Under the pieces are notes generated by a model. It was not told the DNA's origin, searched no databases, and saw only the letters and a program-made list of their open reading frames with translations. A stretch of DNA of 61,931 nucleotides, filler included. It is 7 parts of 7 records of this genome, joined end to end, with 100 filler letters (N's around TTAATTAATTAA, not from the genome) between each part and the next. Parts side by side here need not be neighbours in the genome. Positions count along the whole stretch, not along the records: positions 20,425 to 44,337 come from SRR31156797_62252; positions 44,438 to 50,719 come from SRR31156797_62264; 5 more parts are not named here. The stretch is one strand, 5' to 3'. Each line of letters opens with the position of its first letter. The first letter of the stretch is position 1. The position numbers were made by a program, and so were the translations under genes. Below, one piece after another: positions 41,339 to 50,719 of this stretch.

Positions 41339-42523
41339 TCATGATGCACAGTTGGCCACAAATTCCACCATCTCCTGGGTTACGTCGTGATGCTGTTTGG
41401 CCGTTGCCAGCAGGGCGGGATGGCTGTTGAACTCTTCCACCGTATACCCGTCTTCCCTGTAGCCACGTTCAAAATAGGGGATTTTCATAAGCTTGTCCAT
41501 TACTTCCTGAGGTACGGGGTCATTAATCTGGTTGGTGAATTCAAGGTGCTGCCCGTCAAAGAGGAGCGCTTCCAGAAAGTCCGGGGGACAGGTGTAGATA
41601 ATGTCGGCCCCAGCGATTTTTTCCAGGTGCCAGGAACGGAAAGTCCCGTTCACCTTAGGGCTCATTCTGATAGAGCAGATGAGCATTTTCCCCGGATATT
41701 CGGTATTTTCCTCCACAAGACGGCAAGCCTTTTTGAAAACGGCGATCTCTGCCCAACGTTCGTCTTCCTCGGTCAATTCGATGCCCCTTTCCCCGGCTTC
41801 CTTCTGCAGGTCGCCCAAAAGACCGAAGCGGGTGCTCATGGCCGTAATCACGGAACGCCATTTGCCCAGGTCGACGCCGTTGTCCTTGGCTTCTTTCATG
41901 CCATCCGTAACAGCGTTCATGCAGGCCACAAACTGAGGAATGACAAATGAAAGGGTATTGTTGGTCGGAATCCCTTTGGCCGTCATTTGCCGAATGGCCT
42001 CGTAACCTTCGGCGGTTCCGGGAACCTTGATCATCACATTGGGAGAAATGGCGTGAAGATCCACACCCTGGGCAACCATTTTGTCCACGTCATGCCGTGC
42101 CCGGGGATCCACCTGGCCCGAAATAAACCCGCGCTTATATTGTGACGCCTCGAAAAGGGGCATATAGACCTTTGCGCCGCGCTTGACAATCTCCCGGTAA
42201 GTGTCCCAGAAAACCGTCTCGACCGGTTTGTCTTTTTCCACCTCCATCTGGTCCTCGATCCATTGGGCCCAGTAGTTGGGGTCGGCCTTGATGGCATTGT
42301 GAGACAAGGGAGGATTGGTGGTTACCCCTCGAAAAAGATTATTTTCCGGTTCATTGTCTTCCCTGTAGAAACGGTCCAGCCAAGCCGTCATTTCCTCTTT
42401 GTTTTCAGCTTTCTCAATCACTTTTTGTCGCCAACCGTCATAGATGAGGGGCGAGGAATCCCACCATATTTCCGAATCGGGGTTCACTTCCCATAATCTT
42501 TCAACAACGCTTTTTCGTGACAT
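41339..42523 (-). CDS. Transaldolase family protein (divergent, 394 aa)
   Basis: WWDSS, GVTTNPPL, SGQVDP, MIKVPGT Schiff-base Lys, NNTLSF. Confidence 0.85.
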   Translation of the reverse strand: MSRKSVVERLWEVNPDSEIWWDSSPLIYDGWRQKVIEKAENKEEMTAWLDRFYREDNEPENNLFRGVTTNPPLSHNAIKADPNYWAQWIEDQMEVEKDKPVETVFWDTYREIVKRGAKVYMPLFEASQYKRGFISGQVDPRARHDVDKMVAQGVDLHAISPNVMIKVPGTAEGYEAIRQMTAKGIPTNNTLSFVIPQFVACMNAVTDGMKEAKDNGVDLGKWRSVITAMSTRFGLLGDLQKEAGERGIELTEEDERWAEIAVFKKACRLVEENTEYPGKMLICSIRMSPKVNGTFRSWHLEKIAGADIIYTCPPDFLEALLFDGQHLEFTNQINDPVPQEVMDKLMKIPYFERGYREDGYTVEEFNSHPALLATAKQHHDVTQEMVEFVANCAS

Positions 42524-42623
42524 TTCTTATCCTCCTTCGGGGCCCTTTAAAGGCCCTTTGTCCGATCCTATTTGTGCTCGGATTTCAAATTTCTTAATAA
42601 AGAACTGACCATCTGTGTCTCCT

Positions 42624-43997
42624 TTAGGGCAGGTAGATATGCCTCCCAAGGGCGTTTCGCGCAGCTTCCGGAAAAGATTCACTGAGCGTCGGGTGTGGGA
42701 AAGAGGCCCTTGCCAAGTCTTCCAGAGTGGCTTCCATCTGAATGGCGAGGACGGCCTGGCCCGCCATTTCACTGGCATTGGCGCCAATAAAATGGGCACC
42801 CAGGACCTCCCCATATTTCTCGTCCGCCACCACCTCCACAATCCCCTCATTCTCCGAAAGGAGCATCCCAAAGGGATTCATCCCGTAGGGGGCGGCACCT
42901 GCGATCACTTTATGGCCCGCCTTTTTGGCTTCCTTTTCCGTCATTCCCACGCTGGCCACCTGGGGTTGCGTATAAAGGACCCGGGTGAAGGTCAACGGAT
43001 TCATGGCCGCTTTCAAACCCATGGCATTTTCCGCGGCCACAATGGCCCCTTCCGAGGAGAAATGGGAATAATGCCTGGACTGGGGTCCGGTGAGATCGCC
43101 GATGGCATAAACCCCCTTGGCCCCGGTTTGCAACCGATGGTCCACCTGCAAATAATCTCCTTTTTCATCAAGGCCTACGCTTTCAAGCCCCAAACCCTTT
43201 AGGGAGGGGGCCCTTTCAATATGGACGATTCGATCCACGTAAAGCGTATCACTGCCCTTTTTGGAGTCCAGTTCCACACGAAGCCCGCCGTTTTCTTTTA
43301 CAACTTTCGTGATCCCGGCCTCTCGCTTGATCTCGACACCCTGGTTTTTCAACGCCTTGTTCAGCCGGGTCCGGATGGCCTTGCTTTCCTGTAAAATAAT
43401 TGCCTTTTCCGGCGTGGCCATGACCACTTTCGTCCCGAACCGGTGGAGAAACTGGGCGATTTCCAGAAGCCAGGGGCTTTTCCCGAACAGGAGGACGCTT
43501 TTCGGCAGTTCACGGGCGGCCAGCAGTTCATCACTGTTGATAACCTCTTCCATCCCGCCTCCTGGGAAATCCGGCTTCATCCAGGATGCGCCTGTTGCCA
43601 GAATGACATTTTTAAAGGCAACGCTCTGGCCGTTCACCTCGATCTTTCCTTCCCCGGCGAGTTTTCCTTCCCCTTGCAGGACTTCAATCTTGTTTTTCCT
43701 GATGGTACTTGTCACACCCATCCGCATGAACTTGATCAGTTCGTCCTGCCGTTTTTTGAACTCAGCATAATCCCTGGTGATCCCCTCAAAGTTCAAACCC
43801 AGCTTCTTTCCAAAGGAAACCGCCCCAAGCACATCGGATAAGAGCATCATATGCCGAAAAGGCACACACCCCCTGTTCATGCAAAGCCCGCCGAAATCCT
43901 TGGCCTCCACAATAGCGACATCCGCTCCCAGTTGCGCGGCCCTGATGGCCGCGGGCACCCCACCTGCACCTCCCCCTATGACAACTACATCCTTCAT
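42624..43997 (-). CDS. Dihydrolipoamide dehydrogenase-like flavoprotein (E3) with degenerate NAD-binding domain
   Basis: GGGAGG FAD motif, GGLCMNRGCVP disulfide, YAIGD, HPTLSE; second GxGxxG replaced by GKSPWL. Confidence 0.88.
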   Translation of the reverse strand: MKDVVVIGGGAGGVPAAIRAAQLGADVAIVEAKDFGGLCMNRGCVPFRHMMLLSDVLGAVSFGKKLGLNFEGITRDYAEFKKRQDELIKFMRMGVTSTIRKNKIEVLQGEGKLAGEGKIEVNGQSVAFKNVILATGASWMKPDFPGGGMEEVINSDELLAARELPKSVLLFGKSPWLLEIAQFLHRFGTKVVMATPEKAIILQESKAIRTRLNKALKNQGVEIKREAGITKVVKENGGLRVELDSKKGSDTLYVDRIVHIERAPSLKGLGLESVGLDEKGDYLQVDHRLQTGAKGVYAIGDLTGPQSRHYSHFSSEGAIVAAENAMGLKAAMNPLTFTRVLYTQPQVASVGMTEKEAKKAGHKVIAGAAPYGMNPFGMLLSENEGIVEVVADEKYGEVLGAHFIGANASEMAGQAVLAIQMEATLEDLARASFPHPTLSESFPEAARNALGRHIYLP

Positions 43998-44171
43998 TTG
44001 ATTCTCCTCGTTCGCCCTTGTTGTTTACCTGCCTCGTATCCTCCAAGACGACCCCTTTGCCCGGTCCTTTTCTCCAATGACTCTCCAAGCAAGAAAGTCT
44101 TTCAACAGCCCGGATTCATGTGAATAACTAATTTTATCCAGAGGATCTTCCCAGTTAAAAACGGATAACAA

Positions 44172-44200
44172 ATAATATTACAATAATATGTTAATGTCAA
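44172..44200 (-). promoter_or_regulatory. Sigma70 promoter/operator of the E3-tal-tkt-usp-kinase operon
   Basis: Minus strand TTGACA-N17-TATTAT; plus-strand ATAATATTACAAT identical to 25929-25941. Confidence 0.6.
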
Positions 44201-44223
44201 GACCCATGTCCGCAAATGACAGT

Positions 44224-44239
44224 TGGCATGAAAATTGCT
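44224..44239 (+). promoter_or_regulatory. Sigma54 (-24/-12) promoter pointing off the contig
   Basis: TGGCATG-AAAA-TTGCT vs consensus TGGCACG-N4-TTGC, exact spacing. Confidence 0.6.
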
Positions 44240-44294
44240 GTTAACACAAAGAATCTCTGAGATTTTCTGAGGTAGATCCAACCGTTTGAGGCGC

Positions 44295-44329
44295 TTTCTG
44301 GGTCATTGCGGATTAGCGTGAATTTGTCA
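44295..44329 (-). repeat. Right copy of 35-bp inverted repeat bounding contig 4
   Basis: Reverse complement TGACAAATTCACGCTAATCCGCAATGACCCAGAAA. Confidence 0.9.
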
Positions 44330-44337
44330 TGTTTGGT

Positions 44338-44437
44338 NNNNNNNNNNNNNNNNNNNNNNNNNNNNNNNNNNNNNNNNNNNNTTAATTAATTAANNNNNNN
44401 NNNNNNNNNNNNNNNNNNNNNNNNNNNNNNNNNNNNN
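44338..44437. other. Artificial contig spacer
   Basis: N44-TTAATTAATTAA-N44. Confidence 0.99.
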
Positions 44438-45829
44438 CTCGATCGCCGCATTCAGAGCCAGGAGATTAGTATTTCTGGAGATCTCTTCGATGATGGTGAT
44501 CTTGTCGGAGATAAGATTCATGGCGCTGACCGTTTTTCTGACGGCGTCGCCGCTCTCTCCTGAGTCGCTGGCGGCTTTCTTGGAGATCCGGTCCGTCTCC
44601 ACGGCATTGCTCGCGGTCTGCCTTATGGTGGAGCCCATCTGCTCCATGGACGCCGAAACCTCTTGGGCGGAGGAGGCCTGTTCGACGGCCCCCTGGGACA
44701 TCTGCTGAGCCGTAGCGCTGAGCTGCTGGCTGCCGCTGGCCACATTGCCCACAGCCGTCTTTACCTCCTGAACGATTCTCGAGAGCTCTACCCTCATCTT
44801 CTCAAGGGAAGCGGTCAACGATCCGATCTCATCCCTGCGCATGGTGAGACGGGAGCTCATCCCGCTTGTCAGATCGCCCTTTGAGATGACCGAGGCGAAG
44901 AGAATGACCTCGTTAATCGGATTCACAATAGAACGGACGATCAGGTAGAGGATGACAGATAGAATGAGCATGCTGATGAAAAACGCCAGCAGGAAAATAC
45001 GGGAAAGGGTCGAAAGGCTCGCATAGATATCCCTGTCATTGGCCGTCAGGGCGACGATCCATCCCTTGGCGTCGACGGTTCTGAAGGCAACGGTCTTGGA
45101 GACGCCTTCGTAGACATAGTCGATATTACCACTTCCCTTTTCCAGCATCTCCCTGCCGAAATCGTAGTTAAAAACGTTCTCCGTCAGCACGAGTTCCTGC
45201 TTCTTATGGGCGAGAACCAGACCGTCCTTGTTCACCATATAGGCATAGCCTTCCGAGCCTACGACCAGAGGAGTGATATGGGTCTTAACGAACTTGGACA
45301 TATTCAGGGAGCCCAGGAGAACGGCCCGAACCCTGCCGTCCGCCCTAATCGGCGCGGAAACCACAAAGACAGGCTGGCCGGAAACACGGCTCTTCAGAAC
45401 ATCGGATGAGTAGAGCTCTCCGCTCATGGACTGCTTGAAGTATTCCCGATCCGATATATCAAGTCCGGCCGTAAGCTCCATATCGTTAGAGGAGATGATC
45501 CTTCCCGAGGAATCGGCCACGGCCAGAAACTCAAAATGGGGCATCTTCTCAACGGCCTTGCGCAGAATGGCATCGGCGTCGCCGCTGTCGCCCGAAATCA
45601 GCAGCTCATTGAATTCGCGATGCTCCACCATCATCGCAATATTACCGGTGGAATTATTAACATAGTCTACCGTATTCCGCCACAAAGCCTCGGTCATATT
45701 TTCCAGATTGTTTATGACCAGCCTTCTGATCTCGGTTCTGGTCGTGATAAAGGTAATCGCCGAAAGTCCCAGCAGGATCAAAGCGACGGTCAACAGTACG
45801 GGTATCAGGAATCGATACTTCAATTTCAT
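44438..45829 (-). CDS. Methyl-accepting chemotaxis protein (Cache-HAMP-MCP), 3' truncated
   Basis: TM1, DISDREYF/VVSAPI/GYAYMVN Cache sensor, TM2, RRDEIG HAMP, TNLLALNAAIE. Confidence 0.95.
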
Positions 45830-46071
45830 AGCTCTTCTCCGATTAGTGGATTTCAGACAATTAATAATAGTTTACAAAGGATTCCTAATTCCAATTTCAT
45901 TGATTGATATAAAAGAGCATAGAAGTAAAGTGATAGCTGCGGGATAAGTCATTTATACACTTACACAAAAAAGAATTATATAAAAGAAAATGGGAACATC
46001 ATGTGATTCCGGACAAAGCTGTTACCGTAGTTTTATCGTAGTATAAAGTATATATTACGTATATTATTCGA

Positions 46072-47979
46072 TCACATCAAAAGGGATTCAAGTTCTGATC
46101 TCAGATTTCTATGGGTATTGCTCAGATCGAGCTTTCTTCTGATGGTCAGCCTGTAGCTCTCGACGGTCCTGATAGACATCCCCATCAGGTCGGCGATCTC
46201 CTTGGAGGAGAGGCTCTGGACGATATAACGGGCGACCTGGTACTCCCTGGGACTCAGCTTATCAGCCAGTTCGTCCTTCCCTCCGTTCTGTAGTCCCTGC
46301 AGGTTTTGAATGACCTGATCGATAATCTTCTCGCTGTGGCTGTCGTTCTCCATCTTCAGCTGATAGAGGAGGGGCATCACCGTTTTCTGCAGGATGCGGC
46401 TGATGCTTTGTGAGCTGTCCGCCGATTCCTTCTCCCTACTGCTCAATACAATTTTGAGGGCCGTATTCGTCTCCTCCAGATTCTTTTTCGTGCGGATGAG
46501 GTCCTTCATCAGGCTCTCCCGCTCGGACACGTTCTTTGTAAAGGCGAAAAACGAATCATCCCCGGGCCAGTAGATCGCGCTCACTTCCACATCCAGAATT
46601 TCTCCGCCCCTGGTCTTATGTCTGGTTTTAAACTGGAGAGAGCCCTGCTCCCTGATCCGTGCCATCCAGGTAATCATGTCATCCCCTGACTCAAGGGTAT
46701 CCACATCACGGACGTGCAATGTCAGAATCTGCTCCCGCGTATAGCCGAGCATGCGGCAGGCATTGTCATTCACATCCTTGAAGAACCCCTCTCTGTCGAT
46801 GATCCAGAATCCGTCCTGCGTGGTCTGCAATACCCTCTCGAACTGATCGGCCAGAGTACGGTTATCCTCTATCAGGGCCTTCCTCTCGGTCATATCCTGC
46901 ACGGTTGCGGTTATATTCAGAGGATTGCCGTTGTCATCCGTCAGCTCATGCAGGGTGACGGAACACCGGAAAACGGATCCGTCGGGCCTCAAAGCATCCA
47001 GCTCTCCCTGCCAGCAGCGATTCTCTTTCAGACCGTCCCGTATCGCCTTGTCGAGCTCGGAATCCTTCACCCAGAAGTCATGCACCCTGTATCCGTGGAG
47101 CTCGCGGGACGAATGGATGCGCCAGAGTTCCAGAAAGGCGCTGTTGCAGTGTATCAGGTTCCCTTCCGTATCCATAAAGAGCTTGGGAACGGATGAGACT
47201 TCGTAGGCCGAGCGGTAGGAGTTGAAGGAAATCCGACTCTCTTTCCACTCGCTTATATCCCTGGCGATGCCGTATAGCCTGGTCTTCCCATCGTGTCTGC
47301 TGATGATAAGCCCGCCGGTAGTATGGAACCATTTGACGCTCCGGCGCATGGGGATCCGGAGTTCCATGGAAAAGAAACGCTTGTCCTTAATAGCTCTGCG
47401 GACCTCCGATACAGCCCTTTCCCTGTCCTCTTCATACACGATATCCGCCGGATGAAAGCCGGGCCCCCTGTTCAGAGGAATACGTTCCCCCAGGAGGGCC
47501 TCGGCATTACCGGAAAGAGTGAAGCTATCCGTTCCGATCTCCCACTCCCAGACAATCACGGGAATCTGAGATTCGCCCCTGTCGTCTCTTATGTCTGCGG
47601 GCGAGCCGATTCCCCAGCAGGATTGCTCGCAGGGGATGTCTTCCAGCAGGCCCAGGACGCCGATAACCCGCCCCTCTCCGTCGAAATAGGGTTCCTTGGA
47701 GACGCAAACCCAGATCTCTCTGCCCCGGCACCAGTGTTTTTTCACATGATTGAGGCTCCTTCCGGTTTCGATGACATGACGGTCCTCGACCCTGTTGTTG
47801 ATGGCCAGATCTTCGGGGAAATACCGAAAATCATCGGTCCCTATGATTTCATGGGGAGAGATACCGAGATCCCTGGCAAGAGCATCATTACAGTAGGTAA
47901 ACTCAAGATCCCTGTTCTTTATGAATACGCGCCCCTGAAGGCCGGAGAGCAAGGATTCCTGCGACAGCTCGTCAATCAT
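46072..47979 (-). CDS. Multi-PAS LuxR-family transcriptional regulator
   Basis: About four PAS/PAC repeats (EDI, RDISE, QDMTER, KNVSER); LSPREYQV...SSKEIA...SIRTVESYRLTIRRKL HTH. Confidence 0.9.
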   Translation of the reverse strand: MIDELSQESLLSGLQGRVFIKNRDLEFTYCNDALARDLGISPHEIIGTDDFRYFPEDLAINNRVEDRHVIETGRSLNHVKKHWCRGREIWVCVSKEPYFDGEGRVIGVLGLLEDIPCEQSCWGIGSPADIRDDRGESQIPVIVWEWEIGTDSFTLSGNAEALLGERIPLNRGPGFHPADIVYEEDRERAVSEVRRAIKDKRFFSMELRIPMRRSVKWFHTTGGLIISRHDGKTRLYGIARDISEWKESRISFNSYRSAYEVSSVPKLFMDTEGNLIHCNSAFLELWRIHSSRELHGYRVHDFWVKDSELDKAIRDGLKENRCWQGELDALRPDGSVFRCSVTLHELTDDNGNPLNITATVQDMTERKALIEDNRTLADQFERVLQTTQDGFWIIDREGFFKDVNDNACRMLGYTREQILTLHVRDVDTLESGDDMITWMARIREQGSLQFKTRHKTRGGEILDVEVSAIYWPGDDSFFAFTKNVSERESLMKDLIRTKKNLEETNTALKIVLSSREKESADSSQSISRILQKTVMPLLYQLKMENDSHSEKIIDQVIQNLQGLQNGGKDELADKLSPREYQVARYIVQSLSSKEIADLMGMSIRTVESYRLTIRRKLDLSNTHRNLRSELESLLM

Positions 47980-48048
47980 GATAATGGAATTCTATAAAAT
48001 AAAACTCCGTTTTGCAAAACAAATCGAAAAGGTCTGTCCTGTACGAAG

Positions 48049-48084
48049 CCGCGCCGGAACAATATGAGGGTCCTTCCGGCGCGG
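48049..48084. terminator. GC-rich hairpin downstream of pepT
   Basis: CCGCGCCGGAA...TTCCGGCGCGG perfect 11-bp stem; weak U-tract. Confidence 0.5.
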
Positions 48085-48090
48085 TCTTGA

Positions 48091-49296
48091 TCAGATATGG
48101 CCTGCCAGATAGACCAGAAGGTCCACGGCCTTCTCTGCCGATCCCAGGGGCAGATACTCCTGGGCGCTGTGGAAATTATGGGCTCCCGTAAAGATATTCA
48201 GGGTAGGCAGCCCCATCATTCCCAGGGCCGATCCGTCGTATCCGCCTCTCATGGAGAGGGGGATCTCCCTGATTCCCAGAGCCTTCATACCTTCCGTTAC
48301 GGTCTTCAGCAGCTCGGGACGGGTCGAGAGGGGCTGACTGCAGTCTCCGTATCTGTCGACGTATTCGATGCGGCAGTCCTTGAAGCGCCCGGCCAGCTCG
48401 TGGAGGAAGGCCTTGCGCTTCTCATAACTGTCCTTATCGAAATCACGGACATTGATCTTTAGCGCGGTCTCGCCGGTCGTCCCGCCGATATTGCTCACGT
48501 AGTAGAAGGCTTCCTTCTTCTCCGTATGCTCGGGCCTCTCCTTCTCGGGGAGGGCGGCGATATACTCCTGAGCCTGCAGGATGCTGTTCACCATCTTGCC
48601 CTTGGCGCTCATGGGATGGGCGGTCACGCCCTTGAACGTCACTGTGGCGTCTCCGGCCCACCAGTTTTCAATGACGTATTCTCCGATGCCGCAGCAGTCC
48701 AGGCAGATACCGTACTCACCGCTTACCCGGTCAAGATCCAGGTTCTTGGCTCCCACCAGCCCCTTTTCCTCGTCGGGAACGAAGATCAGCTGAACACCCC
48801 CGTGCCTGATCTCCGGATGGGCTTTCAGATGCTTTACCATGGACATGGATTCGGCTATGGCCGCTTTGTCGTCAGCCCCCAGCAGGGTGTCGCCGGAGGT
48901 GACGATCAGAGTGTCTCCCCGATAGTTTTCCAGTTCGGGATTCTCTTCTACGGTCAGACAGACGCTCTCATTCAGACAGACGTCCCCTCCCCCGTAGTTC
49001 TCGATCACCCTGGCCCTGGTATTCCCGGGCATATCGGAGGCCGTATCCATATGGGCTATGACACTCAAGGGCGTCAGGTTTTCATCGTTCCCCTTAAGGA
49101 CGCCTCCGCAGATGGAGTTATCCTGAAGAAAGATATCCGAAAGCCCCAGAGACTCCATCTCTTTCACCAGAATCTTCGCCAGATCCATCTGCCCTGGGGA
49201 GCTGGGGATCCCTTCGTTTTCAGGAACGACGGTGGTATCCACGGCGACATATCGCAAAAAATCGTCCAGAAGCTCGGGGTATTTCATTTCCTTCAT
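48091..49296 (-). CDS. pepT: Peptidase T (M20B tripeptidase)
   Basis: FLRYVAVDT, AHMDT, LLGADDKA, PDEE, AKGKMVNS, RGGYDG, NFHS; start at 49296 overlaps upstream stop (ATGA). Confidence 0.92.
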   Translation of the reverse strand: MKEMKYPELLDDFLRYVAVDTTVVPENEGIPSSPGQMDLAKILVKEMESLGLSDIFLQDNSICGGVLKGNDENLTPLSVIAHMDTASDMPGNTRARVIENYGGGDVCLNESVCLTVEENPELENYRGDTLIVTSGDTLLGADDKAAIAESMSMVKHLKAHPEIRHGGVQLIFVPDEEKGLVGAKNLDLDRVSGEYGICLDCCGIGEYVIENWWAGDATVTFKGVTAHPMSAKGKMVNSILQAQEYIAALPEKERPEHTEKKEAFYYVSNIGGTTGETALKINVRDFDKDSYEKRKAFLHELAGRFKDCRIEYVDRYGDCSQPLSTRPELLKTVTEGMKALGIREIPLSMRGGYDGSALGMMGLPTLNIFTGAHNFHSAQEYLPLGSAEKAVDLLVYLAGHI

Positions 49297-50270
49297 ATCC
49301 GGCTCGCTCCTGCCAGATGGCATGCCGTCTGATGCCCCTCGGCTATCTCGCGCAGACCGGGAACTTCCGTGCGGCAGCGCTCGTTCTTCTCCAGAAAACA
49401 ACGCCCCTCGAAACGGCAGCCGGGAGGCGGATTGATGGGGCTGGGAACATCCCCTTCCAGGATGATCTTCTTCTGATCCTCTTTCCTGTCGATGACGGAA
49501 ATGGCAGACAGAAGAGCCTTCGTATAGGGGTGAGAGGGATCGGTGAAGATATTGCCGTATTCGGAGATCTCCACGATCTTCCCCAGGTACATGACGGCGA
49601 TGCGGTCGGACACATGATGGACCACGCTCAGGTCATGGGTAATGAAGAGGTAGGTCAGATCAAACTCCTGCTGCAGCTCCTTCAGCAGGTTGAGAATCTG
49701 GGCCTGTATGCAGACGTCCAGGGCCGAAACGGGCTCGTCCAGAACCAGGAAGGAGGGCTTGAGGGAGAGGGCGCGGGCAATCCCGATGCGCTGTCTCCGC
49801 CCGCCGTCCAGCTCATGGGGGTAGGCGCTGATGCGGGAGGGAGAGAGCCCGACGATTTCCATCAGGTCTTTCACCCTCTTTTCCCGGTCCGTCCTCGAAA
49901 GCTCAGGGGCGTTGAGGACCAGGGGCTCCTGGATCAGATCCTTTACATTCATACGGGGATCGAGGGAGGAGTAGGGATCCTGGAAGACGATCTGCATGTC
50001 CTTGCGGATGCGCTTCAGGTCCCTCCTTCCCGGATTGATAATATCCTCTCCGTTGAAGGTCATTTTCCCGGACGTGGCCTCAATCAGATTGACGATCACC
50101 CGGCCCAGGGTGGACTTGCCGCAGCCCGACTCGCCCACCAGGCCGAGGGTCTCCCCCCTTCTGATTTTCAGGTCGACGCCGTCGACCGCATGGACGACGC
50201 CCTTCTTGGTTTTGAACTCTTTCACAAGAGATTCGGTTTCCAGTATAAAATCGTTATCCTTCTTCATCAT
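49293..50270 (-). CDS. Oligopeptide/dipeptide ABC ATPase (OppF/DppF-like)
   Basis: GESGCGKS, QDPYSSLDPR, LDGGRRQR, HPYTKALL, GCRF...C...C...ACH. Confidence 0.93.
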   Translation of the reverse strand: MMKKDNDFILETESLVKEFKTKKGVVHAVDGVDLKIRRGETLGLVGESGCGKSTLGRVIVNLIEATSGKMTFNGEDIINPGRRDLKRIRKDMQIVFQDPYSSLDPRMNVKDLIQEPLVLNAPELSRTDREKRVKDLMEIVGLSPSRISAYPHELDGGRRQRIGIARALSLKPSFLVLDEPVSALDVCIQAQILNLLKELQQEFDLTYLFITHDLSVVHHVSDRIAVMYLGKIVEISEYGNIFTDPSHPYTKALLSAISVIDRKEDQKKIILEGDVPSPINPPPGCRFEGRCFLEKNERCRTEVPGLREIAEGHQTACHLAGASRI

Positions 50271-50719
50271 GACTTCCTATGGGGATTAAAGCAGGCTATG
50301 GAGTGGTTCTCGCTGTCCGTTTCACCCAGGACGGGCCTTTCCGTCCGGCAGCGTTCGACGCAGCGCGAACAACGGGGAGCGAAGCTGCAGCCCTTTATTT
50401 CTTCCGTCGGCTCGGGAGGCAGCCCGGGAAGCACTTCCAGCTTCTCCTTCTCCACGGTCACATCGGGTATGGAGGCCAACAGGCCATGGGTATAGGGATG
50501 CATGGGGTTATTGAAAAGCTTATGCTTGGGGGCCAGCTCCAGAATCTCCCCCGCATAGACGATGGCGATTGTGTCGCAAAGCTCGGAGACGATACCCAGA
50601 TCGTGGGTGATCATGATCAGGGTGGTTCCGTTCTCCTTGATCAGATCTTTCATCAGCTCCAGGACCTGGCTCTGTATGGTGACGTCCAGGGCCGTGGTGG
50701 GCTCGTCGGCGATCAGCAG
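50267..50719 (-). CDS. Oligopeptide/dipeptide ABC ATPase (OppD/DppD-like), 5' truncated
   Basis: LLIADEPTTALDVTIQ at contig edge, ITHDLG, HPYTHGLL, GCSFAPRC. Confidence 0.92.
   Translation of the reverse strand: MLIADEPTTALDVTIQSQVLELMKDLIKENGTTLIMITHDLGIVSELCDTIAIVYAGEILELAPKHKLFNNPMHPYTHGLLASIPDVTVEKEKLEVLPGLPPEPTEEIKGCSFAPRCSRCVERCRTERPVLGETDSENHSIACFNPHRKS

Noticed and set aside
28450-43997. Assigning contig 4 to sulfoglycolysis, apiose or Lsr/AI-2 pathways
   Set aside because: No sulfoquinovosidase or SQ isomerase, no apiose isomerase or split transketolase, no LsrF/LsrG/LsrR recognisable.
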